Source: Marsupella aquatica
Lineage: Eukaryota > Plantae > Marchantiophyta
Direction: 5' to 3'
NCBI GenBank assembly: GCA_973895155.1
Contig: OZ316892.1
Coordinates: 26,621,233-26,685,232 of the forward strand
Length of the DNA: 64,000 nt
A program made the position numbers and the translations under genes. Positions within the stretch are counted from its first letter, which is position 1; each line of letters starts with the position of its first letter. Positions 62,433 to 64,000 of this stretch are shown piece after piece. A model generated the notes under the pieces. That model was given only the letters and a program-made list of their open reading frames with translations. It did not search any database and was not told the DNA's origin.

Positions 62433-62760
62433 AATGGATAGAAAAGTTGCAGATAAATAAGGAAACGTCACGCCGGAAACCTCTAGTTCAGCTGATCACG
62501 GATCAAGACTGTACTCCTGGATATCTCTTTCTCACTGGTAGTACTGCTGTATGTAGCAGGGACCTCACTGGTAGTCCTGCTGTTGATGCAGCTAGCAGCG
62601 CTACCGGTCAAAAAGAGACATCGGGGAGCGTTTGATCCATGGTCACCACCCTGAACAGCTCAGTAGCTGTCCGATACCATGGACTTCCTTGAACTTACGC
62701 GAGGTGCAACGTATGATGCCAATCAAGCATTTGTAGCACATAAGTTTGGTGTCACACCAT
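62433..62760 (+). pseudogene. Decayed paralog of the repeat-protein gene
   Basis: MDRKVADK then a stop, followed by LPVKKRHRGAFDPWS (~62601-62645). Confidence 0.65.
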
Positions 62761-64000
62761 GGAGTTCCATGAAGACGCAAGTGATGATGGCAATCAAGCA
62801 TTTGTAGCACGTAAGCTTAAGGGTTTGCACTTAAATTACCAAAGGTGCAAAAAAAGTGCAAACTTCGTGTAAACAAAAGGTAGGAAACCTTGTACGTATC
62901 CAGGGTTTGCAGTTATTAATTTTCCCTTAGAGAGTGCCGACTGTATACTGAACCTGTTGCAGAGACATATATATCACGAGGCAAAATGGACACATTCCCA
63001 TGTTGGTGACACTACCACTTAGGTACAAACTCACGTTCAATTATACTTAGAGAAATTTAACTAAGGAGAAAAATTAATATCTAGTAGAAAAACTAATGAG
63101 CATAAATAATGTTCATTAACTTAGTTCAGATTTTGATTTCTTTTGTTTGACAATACATCTTGTAAATAGAGTACAAGGATTTGAGTCATGCATCAATGTT
63201 ACCCATCTAGAACTCTTTGTCACTACTAAGCACCCCAAAATTGATGCTTGGTAAAATGTGTATGGGAGGTTCTCATGTTTGTATATCAACATAAGAGATT
63301 TGGCAACACCCACTTGTTACAAGGGGAAATGGATTTTTTTGGTCTAAGTAGGATTTAAGGATACCAACATCAACTGGGTAAACAAGCGGTAACATAAATC
63401 TGATTTCCTACTTGGGGTGGTGATAATTTTGCCAAGTGAAACATACTTGAATATAATGCTTTATTTCTATTAGTGAGAGGTTGTATTTCTTGTTTTTCTG
63501 TAAAGTGCTGATTCCTTAGACCACAAGTTCCCTTATAAGAGCTACAGATAACTCTCATTACATTACAGTAATCTATAAAACATTGCAAAAATCACCTGCA
63601 GTACAGGTAACTCTCTCTAAGTGCACTTGGAAGCAGGATCTATATTGTGGCACACTAAACCAGTTTTTGCATCCTTCAGATAATTATGCAAATCCCTTAA
63701 AATTTTAACTTATGTATATATAGCATGCTCATCCTGGAACATGCTTCATTTTTGTTTTTTTTGTGATATACAGGTGTTCTAATTAAAATATAAACAGGAC
63801 ATTAGGAAGACGTAGAGTCTATGATATTGAAATTGGTGCACATAAGGTAGAAAAATAATAATGAACAGGAAATTTTAAGTTTATGGTATTGGGATGTGCA
63901 CATAATGTAGATGAGTACAGAGATACTTATGTACTTAGTTTAGGTAATGACACTCAAAATAATTAAAACCATAAATTTAGGACACAAAACCATGAGTAGC

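Overview
Eukaryotic, land-plant (bryophyte-like, by inference) genomic DNA. Left part: two intact spliced housekeeping genes on the minus strand, a KH-domain FUBP-like RNA-binding protein (runs off the left edge) and a 10-exon ELMO/CED-12-domain protein. At about 17.5-26.4 kb (minus) lies a decayed Ty3/Gypsy-type retrotransposon with the order Gag(2x CCHC) - C5 cytosine DNA methyltransferase - RT - RNase H - integrase - PHD finger. It therefore encodes both a methylation writer and a chromatin reader, and is the strongest candidate for an unusual system. The right half holds a decayed L1-like LINE whose ORF1 appears inverted, a young 5'-truncated RLE (CRE-like) non-LTR element, and small DNA transposons with 8-bp TSDs. 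It also holds a mosaic of local duplications and inversions (29-32 kb and 42-63 kb) containing an orphan repeat-protein ORF (3x LPVKKR repeats plus ~70-aa repeats) and two hairpin families whose arms co-vary between copies (candidate MIRNA/hpRNA loci). All calls come from reading the sequence by eye. No searches were run, and boundaries of decayed elements are approximate.
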